A DNA stretch of 64,000 bases. It comes from a virus. A program made the translations under genes and the position numbers. Under the pieces are notes generated by a model. That model searched no databases and was not told where the DNA came from. It worked only from the letters and a program-made list of their open reading frames with translations. Location of the stretch: positions 1 to 64,000 of the IMG/VR virus record IMGVR_UViG_3300007609_001079. One strand, given 5' to 3'. Each line of letters starts with the position of its first letter. Within the stretch, counting starts at the first letter, position 1. Positions 10,001 through 18,585 of this stretch are shown here, piece by piece.

Positions 10001-11098
10001 TTCTACTGGTAAGTTTATTGCCTCTTTAAGTGAGTTTTCATATTCCGATTGAGATTCTTTATCTCCTTGTTGAGAACCAAGTGCAGTTTCTTTATCAGTC
10101 TGATTAGATTCTATTCCACTTACCACCGAATATCCTACCAATGCTGCCTGTCGAGTAACATGAGTAAACCATTTTGAGTAAGCATCACTTGAATAGATAT
10201 CAATTTGGTTAGTTGCAGTTTTAGCACCAAGAACACCAGCAGGGAATGGGGTTACTGCTTTTACAGGCCCATTAGGATAAATTGGGTGTTCATAATAATC
10301 TTCTAATTCTTTAGATGATATCATATTAACAATCTCATATCCAATCTTTGCAGCTCTTTTAACGTTTATTTTAGAAAAGATATCAAAGTTAGGAAAAAAG
10401 TTGTTTGGTCCATCATCAACATCACTACCCATATTACCAACAACATTAGATGCTTCATTGATTAACCATTCTTCAATTCGTTCTTTAGGAATAAAGATAC
10501 CTTCGTTTAATTTAGAAGTGATTAAGTTGAATATGGTTTTGTTATATTTTGGGTATGCTCTATCTGTAAAGAAAGATTGTTTTTGTTCATCTGAACCTAA
10601 TGATAATCCATTACGAACATCAGTACCGCTTATTGGGTTGGATTGAGATGGTGATACGTAAACATATCCCCTATCTCTATACCCCTCAGTTGGAGTTCCT
10701 TTTAATGGAGTAAAGTATTTACCACCTAAACGAGATTTATCCTTCTCACCAACAACAGTTATGAAGGCAGTGGTAGTTTCATCAAACTTTTTAAGGATTT
10801 CAGTTGGTTGGTATGGGTTTTTAACTTGATGTATTTTGGATTTAGGTATACCAAACATCGATGTCATTATCTGAACCTTCTCCTTAAAATTAAATGGAGA
10901 TTTCGGTTTAGATACTTTGTTAGAAGTTCCTATAAAGACATTATTTTTACCAAATTTCTTTACAAGATGTTGGTAAGTAGAATAGTGTCCTTTATGGAAA
11001 GGTTGAAATCTCCCAACATAAACAACTACTATCTTTTTAATAGGATTATCATCCTCGAGTAGAATTTGCTCTACGAGATATTTAGAAAGTTCATTCAT
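7091..11098 (-). CDS. Multidomain polyprotein: HxGH nucleotidyltransferase / unknown / small beta domain / Zn ribbon / basic domain / GNAT / HD / RNA-ligase-like
   Basis: GRFQPFHKGH...ISGTDVR; CEKC...CHSC; VVVPQDQRNKGIGS...FYKSFGF; HPEGNVLKHT...FHDIGK...GHE...NHM; EKTDG...ARNKG...NLEVI...EGIVF...FKLTG. Confidence 0.85.
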   Translation of the reverse strand: MNELSKYLVEQILLEDDNPIKKIVVVYVGRFQPFHKGHYSTYQHLVKKFGKNNVFIGTSNKVSKPKSPFNFKEKVQIMTSMFGIPKSKIHQVKNPYQPTEILKKFDETTTAFITVVGEKDKSRLGGKYFTPLKGTPTEGYRDRGYVYVSPSQSNPISGTDVRNGLSLGSDEQKQSFFTDRAYPKYNKTIFNLITSKLNEGIFIPKERIEEWLINEASNVVGNMGSDVDDGPNNFFPNFDIFSKINVKRAAKIGYEIVNMISSKELEDYYEHPIYPNGPVKAVTPFPAGVLGAKTATNQIDIYSSDAYSKWFTHVTRQAALVGYSVVSGIESNQTDKETALGSQQGDKESQSEYENSLKEAINLPVEIGDTLLMGKFKNKKVVVKSIGKDEHGMPTINGKKVVTFRYMNENFVVELAGTTIQCEKCNHSWEIESDDNEKYLCHSCGWDSQQQEYDYDAFDSWQEKNGILGESEDLEERGKMRPADKLRRKAAMAGKRAQIARRRARTMKRRKPLSKLKKIAYKMAYRQVYDEFAKELFPDIKKSDLSIKQSQVVHKNVVRKKGRILKRAKFKFLPVLRAKEVEKFSPKNEQITKINEGIENTLSSKYKVDLDIYEYPNHLELRRVVVPQDQRNKGIGSKVMQDLIKYAQQNNKDIFTTPSSDFGGSKSRLVQFYKSFGFKNNKGSNRDFRSKESMVRLSEGKELEKLGITNFKSLFKKMPSELQKRVYNLKNFGQRLDKHPEGNVLKHTITVVNRSLKDDDIDIAIAAMFHDIGKDETAGIHPKKGHITHFGHEKVSASLVKKYKDWIKSVGGNVANVLYVVKNHMRYKQLSDMRPIKQDKLKSFRAYDKLSKFSKHDRGGLGESLSESTDKLKLSIPTDIQKMHTAFKEKYNEGMNDNIDKLLEDLDNHIVEMFYPTTKTSDQLIKENINESNMLMEGGAYGHMNHPFDTEINLTFGQLKDIVNRALEGNLEFTREKTDGQALAVSWVNGRLVAARNKGHLKNSGENALDIKAVADKFAGRGELEKAYNFAMKDLSDSIKSLSSKQREKIFKGGSCFMNLEVIYPTSVNVIPYGQPLLVLHGTMEYDENGVAIGENADAGRILAGMIKQINKDVQNNYTIQGPPVIKLPKSQQLSSKKGKYTSQISKLQKEFGLKDTDGVAEYHQEWWKQWITKNSPTTLDNKTLMGLVKRWAFMDKKFRLDKKNIADEKTLIWAKKIDSQDQKKISKDNLMKFENIFLGVGADVLEFTSSVLTVNPDEAVRSIKKRIDKTIKDVKKSGDPKKIEKLKLELKRLQSIGGPSKIVPNEGIVFQYKGNTFKLTGAFASVNQLLGIFF

Positions 11099-11119
11099 TT
11101 AGTATATACCTTATCAGTA

Positions 11120-11129
11120 TATAAATATG
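11120..11129 (-). promoter_or_regulatory. CATATTTATA putative late promoter (1 mismatch)
   Basis: ~22 nt upstream of the polyprotein ATG. Confidence 0.65.
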
Positions 11130-11142
11130 GGTTACAAAAAGT

Positions 11143-11259
11143 TTAGTGATTTTTGTAAATGAATGGGTCTCTTTTACGAAGTTCTTCTAACTTCTTTTTA
11201 TAGAGTTTTTCTTGTTTTCTTTTATTAAAATAATTTTTGATAATTTTGAATGGATTCAT
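11143..11259 (-). CDS. 38-aa basic peptide ending KKKLEELRKRDPFIYKNH
   Basis: Hand-translated ATG..TAA ORF filling the gap at the end of the glycan operon; below the ORF-track cutoff; start overlaps the upstream gene. Confidence 0.7.
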   Translation of the reverse strand: MNPFKIIKNYFNKRKQEKLYKKKLEELRKRDPFIYKNH

Positions 11260-12583
11260 CTGTTAAATTTTTATATATGGTTTGTTCTATATTAAAAATA
11301 TTATTATTTGCAGAATATTTTTTTAATAATTCTCGATTATGTATAAGTATTGGTTTTATTTTTTTTAATATATCCACCCACTCATCATCAGTTTTTTTTA
11401 TCAGAGAATTAACGAGTTTGCTTACTTTAAATATTCTAACAGAATCAATAATTTCATTATCATAACTCTCATCCCAAACGGATGAAAATGTTTGAAATCC
11501 CATTGATTGTAAATATTTTAAAGTATTTGGGTTTCCTAATATAACAAACGGATGATATTGTTGTATTGGTTTTATTGTTTTTTCAGTTGTATATATATTC
11601 CATTTTGTAAAAAATTCTGTTTCGGAAACAAGGCTAAAATAACTATCTTTATATAATGAAACATCATCAACTTCTAAAGACCTACCCTCTATTGATTCAT
11701 AATTTTCTATATCTAATGATTTTTTATTAATTTTTGTTAAAATATCATAACCCTTTGTTATTTTTAACATATCATTGGATTTTATTATATTTTTTATAAT
11801 CTCATTTGGCTCAGAATATTCATCCAATCCAAGATAATTATGCGTTTTTATATAATCTATAAAATAATCCGTATTAGTATAGTTCATATCAAACGATATC
11901 AAATTATTTTCTATATTATTAGATTCTGCTAATAAACATAACATTAATATTCTATGTGGGTGTAACCTTCTATTTAAAAATAAAAGTTTATTTTTTTTGT
12001 AACTAATAATATCATCCTCTTTTAAGAATAAGTCAACCGTCTGAGAATCGATTAATTCATTACCCTTATATAGCATATGTAAATTATATATAATGCACAA
12101 AAAATCCTTACTATTTTTTATTTTATATTTTGATTTATATCTATTAATATTATCCTCTATTCCAAAATTATTCGATAATATAATTATTTTATTTCTGGGT
12201 ATATTATATTGAATAGAATCTAAGTACAATTTATTTATATGAAACTTATCTAACTCATTTTCAAATCCAAAATATATTAATATATAAAAATTTTTAATAG
12301 ATTTACTATACGAAATTACTTTATCGGATATATTTGAAAATAAAGATTTTGTTTGATTTGAATCCAATCCAAGAGAAGTGTGTATTTTACCAAAAGTTGA
12401 TATGTTATATAAATACAAAGTGTGCGATGAATTAATATCCACATCATCAATATGAATTAAATTTTGAGCACAAAATGGTAAAATCCCTTCAGAATCTAAA
12501 TCCAAATCATGTATAGAATTTGTAAGTTGACCCACATGATTTACGTGTTCATATACGTTACGAATATCTATCTGAGGTTCCAA
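11225..12583 (-). CDS. Putative glycosyltransferase-like protein (SET/TEK family), paralog 1
   Basis: LFLNRRLHPHR; YFSLVSETEF...TEKTIKPI...HPFVILG...GFQTF...DESYD, reminiscent of the GT10/GT-B C-terminal lobe. Confidence 0.5.
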   Translation of the reverse strand: MEPQIDIRNVYEHVNHVGQLTNSIHDLDLDSEGILPFCAQNLIHIDDVDINSSHTLYLYNISTFGKIHTSLGLDSNQTKSLFSNISDKVISYSKSIKNFYILIYFGFENELDKFHINKLYLDSIQYNIPRNKIIILSNNFGIEDNINRYKSKYKIKNSKDFLCIIYNLHMLYKGNELIDSQTVDLFLKEDDIISYKKNKLLFLNRRLHPHRILMLCLLAESNNIENNLISFDMNYTNTDYFIDYIKTHNYLGLDEYSEPNEIIKNIIKSNDMLKITKGYDILTKINKKSLDIENYESIEGRSLEVDDVSLYKDSYFSLVSETEFFTKWNIYTTEKTIKPIQQYHPFVILGNPNTLKYLQSMGFQTFSSVWDESYDNEIIDSVRIFKVSKLVNSLIKKTDDEWVDILKKIKPILIHNRELLKKYSANNNIFNIEQTIYKNLTDESIQNYQKLF

Positions 12584-12595
12584 TTGTTTTTTATA

Positions 12596-13993
12596 TTACA
12601 ATAAAACATTATGTTCATATTTTATAACCGATTTTAAGTTACGATATATCATTTTTTTAATAGTATCTCCACCATAACTGATTAATAAATTATGATTATG
12701 GATTAATACATCTCGCATTTCCTCTAACATTTTATATAAATCAGAATTACTTAAATTTGATACAATTTGTATTTGATTAATAACAGATAATAACCTCTCA
12801 TCATCATTTTCCATTGTATCATAACTCTCATCCCACCAATTATCAAATGTTCTGAACCCATATTTTTTTAAATGATGTAAAATATACGGACTTCCAATTA
12901 AAAAAAATGGATGAAAATGCATTATAGGTTTTAGAATTTTTTCAGTAAATGATTGAGTAAATTTACTAAATTCTGTTTCAGATACTACACTAAAAAAAGT
13001 ATTTTCATATATTTCTTTTGTTTCCATACCATAACCATGTACGGAGTTTAAATCATCAAAGTCAATCGTTTTTTTATTGATATCACATAGTATATCATAT
13101 CCAGTTTTTAACTTATCATGGATAGATTTATCTCTAATAATCACAGGAGGCATTGTATCATCATTATACAATAATGTTTCTTTAAAATTGTCATAAAAAT
13201 TTAAATTCATATCAAGAGAATATAACATACTATCCAATGTTCCATTTTCAGCTAGTAATGCCAATGAAAGAATTCTATGATATCTTAAACGTCTATTTAA
13301 AAATAACCCCTTATGTGATTTTGGTTTTTTTATATGGGAAATATCAGCTATGGTTGATTTTTCTGCATTTTTATTTGGTTCATATCCCAATCTACTTCGT
13401 AATTCTAATGATTTAAATGGTATTGGCCAATTAAATGTTACTAATCTAATACCATCAGCACTCCCATATTTATCAATAAAATCATCTAAAATAATTTGAT
13501 TACTATTTGTACCATTTACTATTAATATTTTATTAATTGGTATTTCAAATAAAATAGAATCATCATATATTTTTTTTAACAAAGTTGAATCAAAGTATGG
13601 TTCACCGGTTTGTTCATAGAATAGAAATACATTGTTATGTGTTTTTAATAATTCAATTATATTTTTTGATAAAAAATTAAAAAAAGAAATTTGATTATCA
13701 GCCAAACCTAAAGAATTATAGTAATCACCATTTACACTAACGGGGTACAAATAAACAGAATCCTCACTATCACAATCAATATCAGAAATACTTATACAAT
13801 TTAGTTCAAGTGAACCAAGTGAACCAATATTCCAGTAAGTTGTATTTGGAAAATTTTTTTTAAACGGTTCATGTTCTATATTATCTACTATATTAAAATT
13901 TAAATCCCAAAAATATTCAAGGTGGTCTAAATTAACTCCGTTAACTATTAAATTATCTGGTCCAATTAAATCATATATAAGATTAATTTTCAT
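12596..13993 (-). CDS. Putative glycosyltransferase-like protein (SET/TEK family), paralog 2
   Basis: LFLNRRLRYHR; FFSVVSETEF...TEKILKPI...HPFFLIG...GFRTF...DESYD; tandem paralog of 11225..12583. Confidence 0.5.
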   Translation of the reverse strand: MKINLIYDLIGPDNLIVNGVNLDHLEYFWDLNFNIVDNIEHEPFKKNFPNTTYWNIGSLGSLELNCISISDIDCDSEDSVYLYPVSVNGDYYNSLGLADNQISFFNFLSKNIIELLKTHNNVFLFYEQTGEPYFDSTLLKKIYDDSILFEIPINKILIVNGTNSNQIILDDFIDKYGSADGIRLVTFNWPIPFKSLELRSRLGYEPNKNAEKSTIADISHIKKPKSHKGLFLNRRLRYHRILSLALLAENGTLDSMLYSLDMNLNFYDNFKETLLYNDDTMPPVIIRDKSIHDKLKTGYDILCDINKKTIDFDDLNSVHGYGMETKEIYENTFFSVVSETEFSKFTQSFTEKILKPIMHFHPFFLIGSPYILHHLKKYGFRTFDNWWDESYDTMENDDERLLSVINQIQIVSNLSNSDLYKMLEEMRDVLIHNHNLLISYGGDTIKKMIYRNLKSVIKYEHNVLL

Positions 13994-14531
13994 AATACAA
14001 TTCAGGATATTCTACAAGTATATGTATTCCCCCATCAGATAAAGCAGTTTTATATGCAGGTAAAATTTGTTCAGATTTTTTTAATTCTTGTATAGTTACA
14101 TTAGTTAAAATTTGTTTGAAGGGTTCCGTGTAATCTGCTTTATGTTGATGACCCGGGTCAAGTGGTTTATCAGAACCTTTACCAACTCTTACAATTACAT
14201 TTGGTTTCCATTCTCCATCGGACATTGCTTCTAACTTATCCAAATGATTTACTAATTGATTTGCAGCAAGGATTAAGAAATCCCATCGAGGGTAAAAAGT
14301 AACTACTCGATGACCTGTCATCGCAAGACCCATAGTCATTCCCATTTGGGTTTCTTCCATTACTGGAGTTTCTATCATTCTATCTTTTGGTAAACCTTCA
14401 ATTGTCTTTGACATTGGATTACCATAATAAACAATCTGTTGTCCAATAAAAATTGTAGATGGGTCATCCATCACAAGTTTCATTGCTTCAGTAAGATTAT
14501 CTACATATGGTGTGTAGTGTGGTTGTGTCAT
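13983..14531 (-). CDS. ThDP-dependent enzyme, E1-beta/transketolase pyrimidine-binding domain only
   Basis: DRMIETPVMEETQMGMTMGLAMTG, DFLILAANQLVN, GHQH; 182 aa with no C-terminal domain. Confidence 0.8.
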   Translation of the reverse strand: MTQPHYTPYVDNLTEAMKLVMDDPSTIFIGQQIVYYGNPMSKTIEGLPKDRMIETPVMEETQMGMTMGLAMTGHRVVTFYPRWDFLILAANQLVNHLDKLEAMSDGEWKPNVIVRVGKGSDKPLDPGHQHKADYTEPFKQILTNVTIQELKKSEQILPAYKTALSDGGIHILVEYPELYYEN

Positions 14532-14532
14532 T

Positions 14533-15306
14533 TTAATTTAGTTTTTGAGATATAATTTTTTTTATATAATTGTTGGTAATATGTGGATTTATATCTATTT
14601 TGAAATTATCTTTTTTTAATTTATCTATTATTAACTCAGATATTATTTTATGACCCTTTAAGTTAAAATGAATATCATTTATCTGATATCCATATTTTTT
14701 AAAATCAGACCTAACTGTTATTCCATATTCATCATTATGTATAAAATAATCAAATGAATGGCTCATATATCCATCAATTACAATATCAATATGCCTATCT
14801 TTAAATAATCTTTGATATGCATTATTCATCCAAAATGCTTCATTCCATAAAAGTGATATAACCTTAATACCCAATAATTCGTATTTACGTAATACGGAGT
14901 TAAATAACTCTACTTGTTCAGTATATTTATCATTTAACTCTTTTTCAGATAGTTTAATACCCCCATCATCAAAATCTCGGTTTGCTTGTGTAAATTGAAC
15001 AATAACCAAACCAATATCAGATGGGTGAATATCACGATTATTACATATTATTGGATTTAAGATTTCATTTATCATTCCTAAATTAGTTCCTCCATTATTC
15101 TTATTAGCAACCGACCATGTATTAAAATGATTAGCAACCAACGTTATAAATCTATTTGCATCTTTAAAAAGATAATGTGGTTCTCTTAAATGATGGGGTG
15201 CGAAATTATGAATTTTAGAAACTTCAGTAGATTCCATATTTGCGTAAAACTGCAAACCTTCACCCCAGGTGTATGAACAACCAACTCCGAGGATACCTTT
15301 ACTCAT
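14533..15306 (-). CDS. SGNH/GDSL-like protein
   Basis: GCSYTWGEG at the N-terminus and DIHFNLKGH at the C-terminus. Confidence 0.6.
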   Translation of the reverse strand: MSKGILGVGCSYTWGEGLQFYANMESTEVSKIHNFAPHHLREPHYLFKDANRFITLVANHFNTWSVANKNNGGTNLGMINEILNPIICNNRDIHPSDIGLVIVQFTQANRDFDDGGIKLSEKELNDKYTEQVELFNSVLRKYELLGIKVISLLWNEAFWMNNAYQRLFKDRHIDIVIDGYMSHSFDYFIHNDEYGITVRSDFKKYGYQINDIHFNLKGHKIISELIIDKLKKDNFKIDINPHITNNYIKKIISQKLN

Positions 15307-16030
15307 TTTTATCTTCTTTTATTTTTTTTATTATAGAATTTGCTATTACTCTATTTCCATTATGATTAAAGTGCATATCATTAATCTGAAGATTTTTTTG
15401 TGCGAAATCTGATTTTATTGTTAGATTAAAAGAATCTTCATTTACTAATGGTTCAAAATAATTGTATTTATCATTGTTAAAATATATAGGAACATGCCTA
15501 TGCATATACTTTGTTTGGTAGATAGGATTTTCATAATTCTCAACCATCCAAACAAAAGTATATACTTTAATATTATATTCATTTTCAACTTTAGTCAAAA
15601 GAATATCAAGTTCTTCTAATAAACTTGTTATACTTTCCTCATCTCTAGATATTGAACTAAATTGAAATATTAAAGTATCGAAATCACTTAAATTTATATT
15701 AAACTGATAATTTTTCCAAATATCATTATTAACAAAAGTACCTTTTCGTAAATCTAAAAACCCATTATTCTCCAATAGTTCAGATAAAAAACGAATATTT
15801 AAACCATTCATAGAACCATTTAAAAGTTTACTTACAGACCAAGTATCCAATTCACTACACACAAGATTTAACCATCTATACTTGTTTTTATAGGCAGCCA
15901 TTCCCTCTGTGATTGAGTTAAAATCAAATGTATGTTCATGGTTGAATGGTAGATTATCTAAATCGGAATAGAAGTATAATCCCTCACCCCACGTAAATGA
16001 ATCCCCTAATGCAAATATACCTTTACTCAT
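15299..16030 (-). CDS. SGNH/GDSL-like protein
   Basis: GDSFTWGEG and DMHFNHNGN; tandem paralog of 14533..15306. Confidence 0.6.
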   Translation of the reverse strand: MSKGIFALGDSFTWGEGLYFYSDLDNLPFNHEHTFDFNSITEGMAAYKNKYRWLNLVCSELDTWSVSKLLNGSMNGLNIRFLSELLENNGFLDLRKGTFVNNDIWKNYQFNINLSDFDTLIFQFSSISRDEESITSLLEELDILLTKVENEYNIKVYTFVWMVENYENPIYQTKYMHRHVPIYFNNDKYNYFEPLVNEDSFNLTIKSDFAQKNLQINDMHFNHNGNRVIANSIIKKIKEDKNE

Positions 16031-17022
16031 TATGGTTTTGAATTTGGGTCAAACTGGTCTTTATTTTTTTTGTACCATTTAAGTGCATCTTCCAATCCAC
16101 TTCGTAAATCGTATTTAGGTTCCCAACCCAATTTTCTTAATTTTTCGTTTGATAATAATCTAACTGGAATCATCGGTGCTTTGTTATTCACAAACTCGAT
16201 TGGATTGTCGTTCCCCTCAATTTCTTTGATAAGTTCTAATACTTCCATTACTGTATGCCCTTTACCATAACATACATTATAGATATCATATTTATCTACT
16301 TTCTCAGCAACTGTAATAAATCCGCTAACCATATCATCTACGTGAATAATATCACGAACTTCCGTTCCATCACCCCATAGTGGAATTGGATTCAAACCAT
16401 CTGCCACTTTTCTGATGTTTGCTGGTGTAACATGACATTTTTCAAAATCATATTTATCATTCGGTCCAAATGAATTGGAAGGTCTGATAATAACACATTG
16501 CATCGGGTCATGGATTTGATTAGAGAAGAATTCACAAAGAGTTTCTCCATATCTTTTCATCCAACCAACTGCTTTGTAAGCAGGATAGATGTTTGGTGTT
16601 TGTACATTCATATCTTCAGTACAATACTCGCCACCAATATCTGGATACGTGGTATTAGACGAAATAAACATAAACTTACGAACTTTGTTTCTCCAACTTT
16701 GTTCCATAAGATTGGTGTTCATTTCTACATTTGGTGTTACATGGAGTAGTGGATTTACTTTGGTATCCAATGCATTCGAAGTATTAGCTGCAGCATGAAA
16801 TACTACATCTACATCTTTCGAAACTTTTTCACAGAATTCAGCTTCTCGTAAATCTCCATTCAAATGTTCAATATTTTCCCATCCTTCAAAATCCTCACGT
16901 AACCCTCTACTCCACGATGTGGTACGTAGATTCGTGTAACCATTTTCATATAACATTTTAACTAATCGTGAACCAATAAATCCACTTGCTCCTGTAACTA
17001 ATACTTTATCTGTTTTTTTCAT
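16030..17022 (-). CDS. NAD(P)-dependent nucleotide-sugar SDR, GDP-fucose synthase-like, atypical active site
   Basis: VTGASGFIG, HVTPANIRK, WGDGTEVRDIIHVDD; YxxxK position reads VGWMK. Start at MKKTDK (17022) preferred over 17055. Confidence 0.8.
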   Translation of the reverse strand: MKKTDKVLVTGASGFIGSRLVKMLYENGYTNLRTTSWSRGLREDFEGWENIEHLNGDLREAEFCEKVSKDVDVVFHAAANTSNALDTKVNPLLHVTPNVEMNTNLMEQSWRNKVRKFMFISSNTTYPDIGGEYCTEDMNVQTPNIYPAYKAVGWMKRYGETLCEFFSNQIHDPMQCVIIRPSNSFGPNDKYDFEKCHVTPANIRKVADGLNPIPLWGDGTEVRDIIHVDDMVSGFITVAEKVDKYDIYNVCYGKGHTVMEVLELIKEIEGNDNPIEFVNNKAPMIPVRLLSNEKLRKLGWEPKYDLRSGLEDALKWYKKNKDQFDPNSKP

Positions 17023-17947
17023 AATACTCATATGTTTTTTTAATTCCTTCTTCAAATCCTAATTTTGGTAATAAACCATATTGTTCTTGTATCTTGGTTG
17101 ACATTCTTCTTCTCATATCACCATTTGGTTTAGAAGTATCCCAATTTATTTTTATTTCTTTGCCACTTGATTTGGCAACAGTTTCAATCATTCTCTTAAT
17201 TGAGATTTCTTCTCCACTTCCTAAGTTTGTTGTGATGTGTAATTCTTTTTCGAAACAATCTATACATCCATCGGCAACATCGCCGGCATAAATAAAATCA
17301 CGAGTTGGAGTTCCATCTCCCCATGCTTCAATTTCATCAGTTGCATCATAAACTTTTCTACACGTTGCTCCAATTACAGTTGCACCGTCTCCAAAGTTAT
17401 CGTATTCACCAAATATATTTGCCGGTCTTACAATTGTCCACCTATCATATCCATGTTGAACTTTATGAGCTTCCAAGTATAATTCGGGTATTCGTTTACT
17501 CCAGGATGGAAACCAATCATTTGGTGATGGGAGTGTTTTCCATACTGTATCTTCTACAAACTCTTCAGCAGGTTCATAAACACCAACTGAACTCATAAAT
17601 ACTAACCAACAATTGTGTTTGTGAGAGTTTTCAATTATGTTTGTATTTACTTTTATCGATGGTTCAAGAAAATCTAATGGTTTTTCTTTTGCTCTAATTG
17701 GAGAACCTTTAATTCCAAATGCATTAATTACACCATCGTATTTCATTGAATTAAACATATCAACCATATCATCCGATTCTTTTAAATCGGTAGATGAGAA
17801 TAAAAATCTGTCATCATCAATATCCTCCTTCATGGGATTTATATCAACACCATGCACTGAGTAGTTTTTTTCAAGTAGTTTTTTAACTACATGAGTTCCA
17901 ACTAAACCACTACAACCTGTTACTAAAACTTTTCCTTTTGTTTTCAT
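17006..17947 (-). CDS. NAD(P)-dependent nucleotide-sugar SDR, GDP-fucose synthase-like, atypical active site
   Basis: VTGCSGLVG, RPANIFG, WGDGTPTRDFIYAGD, KPNG; YxxxK position reads PSWSK. Start at 17947 (TAATG coupling) preferred over 17962. Confidence 0.8.
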   Translation of the reverse strand: MKTKGKVLVTGCSGLVGTHVVKKLLEKNYSVHGVDINPMKEDIDDDRFLFSSTDLKESDDMVDMFNSMKYDGVINAFGIKGSPIRAKEKPLDFLEPSIKVNTNIIENSHKHNCWLVFMSSVGVYEPAEEFVEDTVWKTLPSPNDWFPSWSKRIPELYLEAHKVQHGYDRWTIVRPANIFGEYDNFGDGATVIGATCRKVYDATDEIEAWGDGTPTRDFIYAGDVADGCIDCFEKELHITTNLGSGEEISIKRMIETVAKSSGKEIKINWDTSKPNGDMRRRMSTKIQEQYGLLPKLGFEEGIKKTYEYYEKNR

Positions 17948-18585
17948 TAAAAAACTACCCATTTACCAGTACCATAATGTGGGTACTTCGATTCATACTT
18001 ATAATATATTACATCTTCTGGTATTTCTCTCTGAATACCATTCCATGTATCTAATGTTGGTGTGTTTGTACTTACACCATTATCTTCTACTACGAAATAC
18101 AAAGGTAAATCATAGTTTCTTGCATATTTGTGAACTTCATAGAAGATTCCACTTTCAAATGCCATATCTCCTAAAAATACCCAAACCTTATCATCACCAC
18201 CATTATACTTAATTGATTTTGCAACTCCAAGCGCAATAGGCAAAGTACCAGTTACAATTGCGGATGCATAAAATTTAGATTCTTTATCTACAATTGTAAT
18301 AGATTTACCATCAAGTATTTTTTGTTTTAATACCAATGGTTCTACACCATGTAAAAGTGCGTGATAATGAGACCTCCATGTAGAGAATACCCAATCATTA
18401 ATTCCAATTTTATCAAATATTCTGATAAGTTCCTTTTCATTACCATTAGATAAGTGAATGGGTCCTGATATTTCACCATTTTCCCAATGTGAAATTATAT
18501 CATCTTCAAAATCTACTAAATCTTGTTCAGACCAATTTCCATTAACCCATCTATCCTCATGATAATCTAAGTTTTTAATTTCCAT
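17947..18585 (-). CDS. ThDP-dependent enzyme, E1-alpha-like (short)
   Basis: GPIHLSNGNE, STWRSHYHAL, ThDP motif GDMAFESG...VEDNG; 212 aa. Confidence 0.8.
   Translation of the reverse strand: MEIKNLDYHEDRWVNGNWSEQDLVDFEDDIISHWENGEISGPIHLSNGNEKELIRIFDKIGINDWVFSTWRSHYHALLHGVEPLVLKQKILDGKSITIVDKESKFYASAIVTGTLPIALGVAKSIKYNGGDDKVWVFLGDMAFESGIFYEVHKYARNYDLPLYFVVEDNGVSTNTPTLDTWNGIQREIPEDVIYYKYESKYPHYGTGKWVVF

Noticed and set aside
13983-18585. Pyruvate dehydrogenase auxiliary metabolic genes
   Set aside because: Both subunits are short, E2/E3 are absent from the window, and the context is sugar-nucleotide synthesis.
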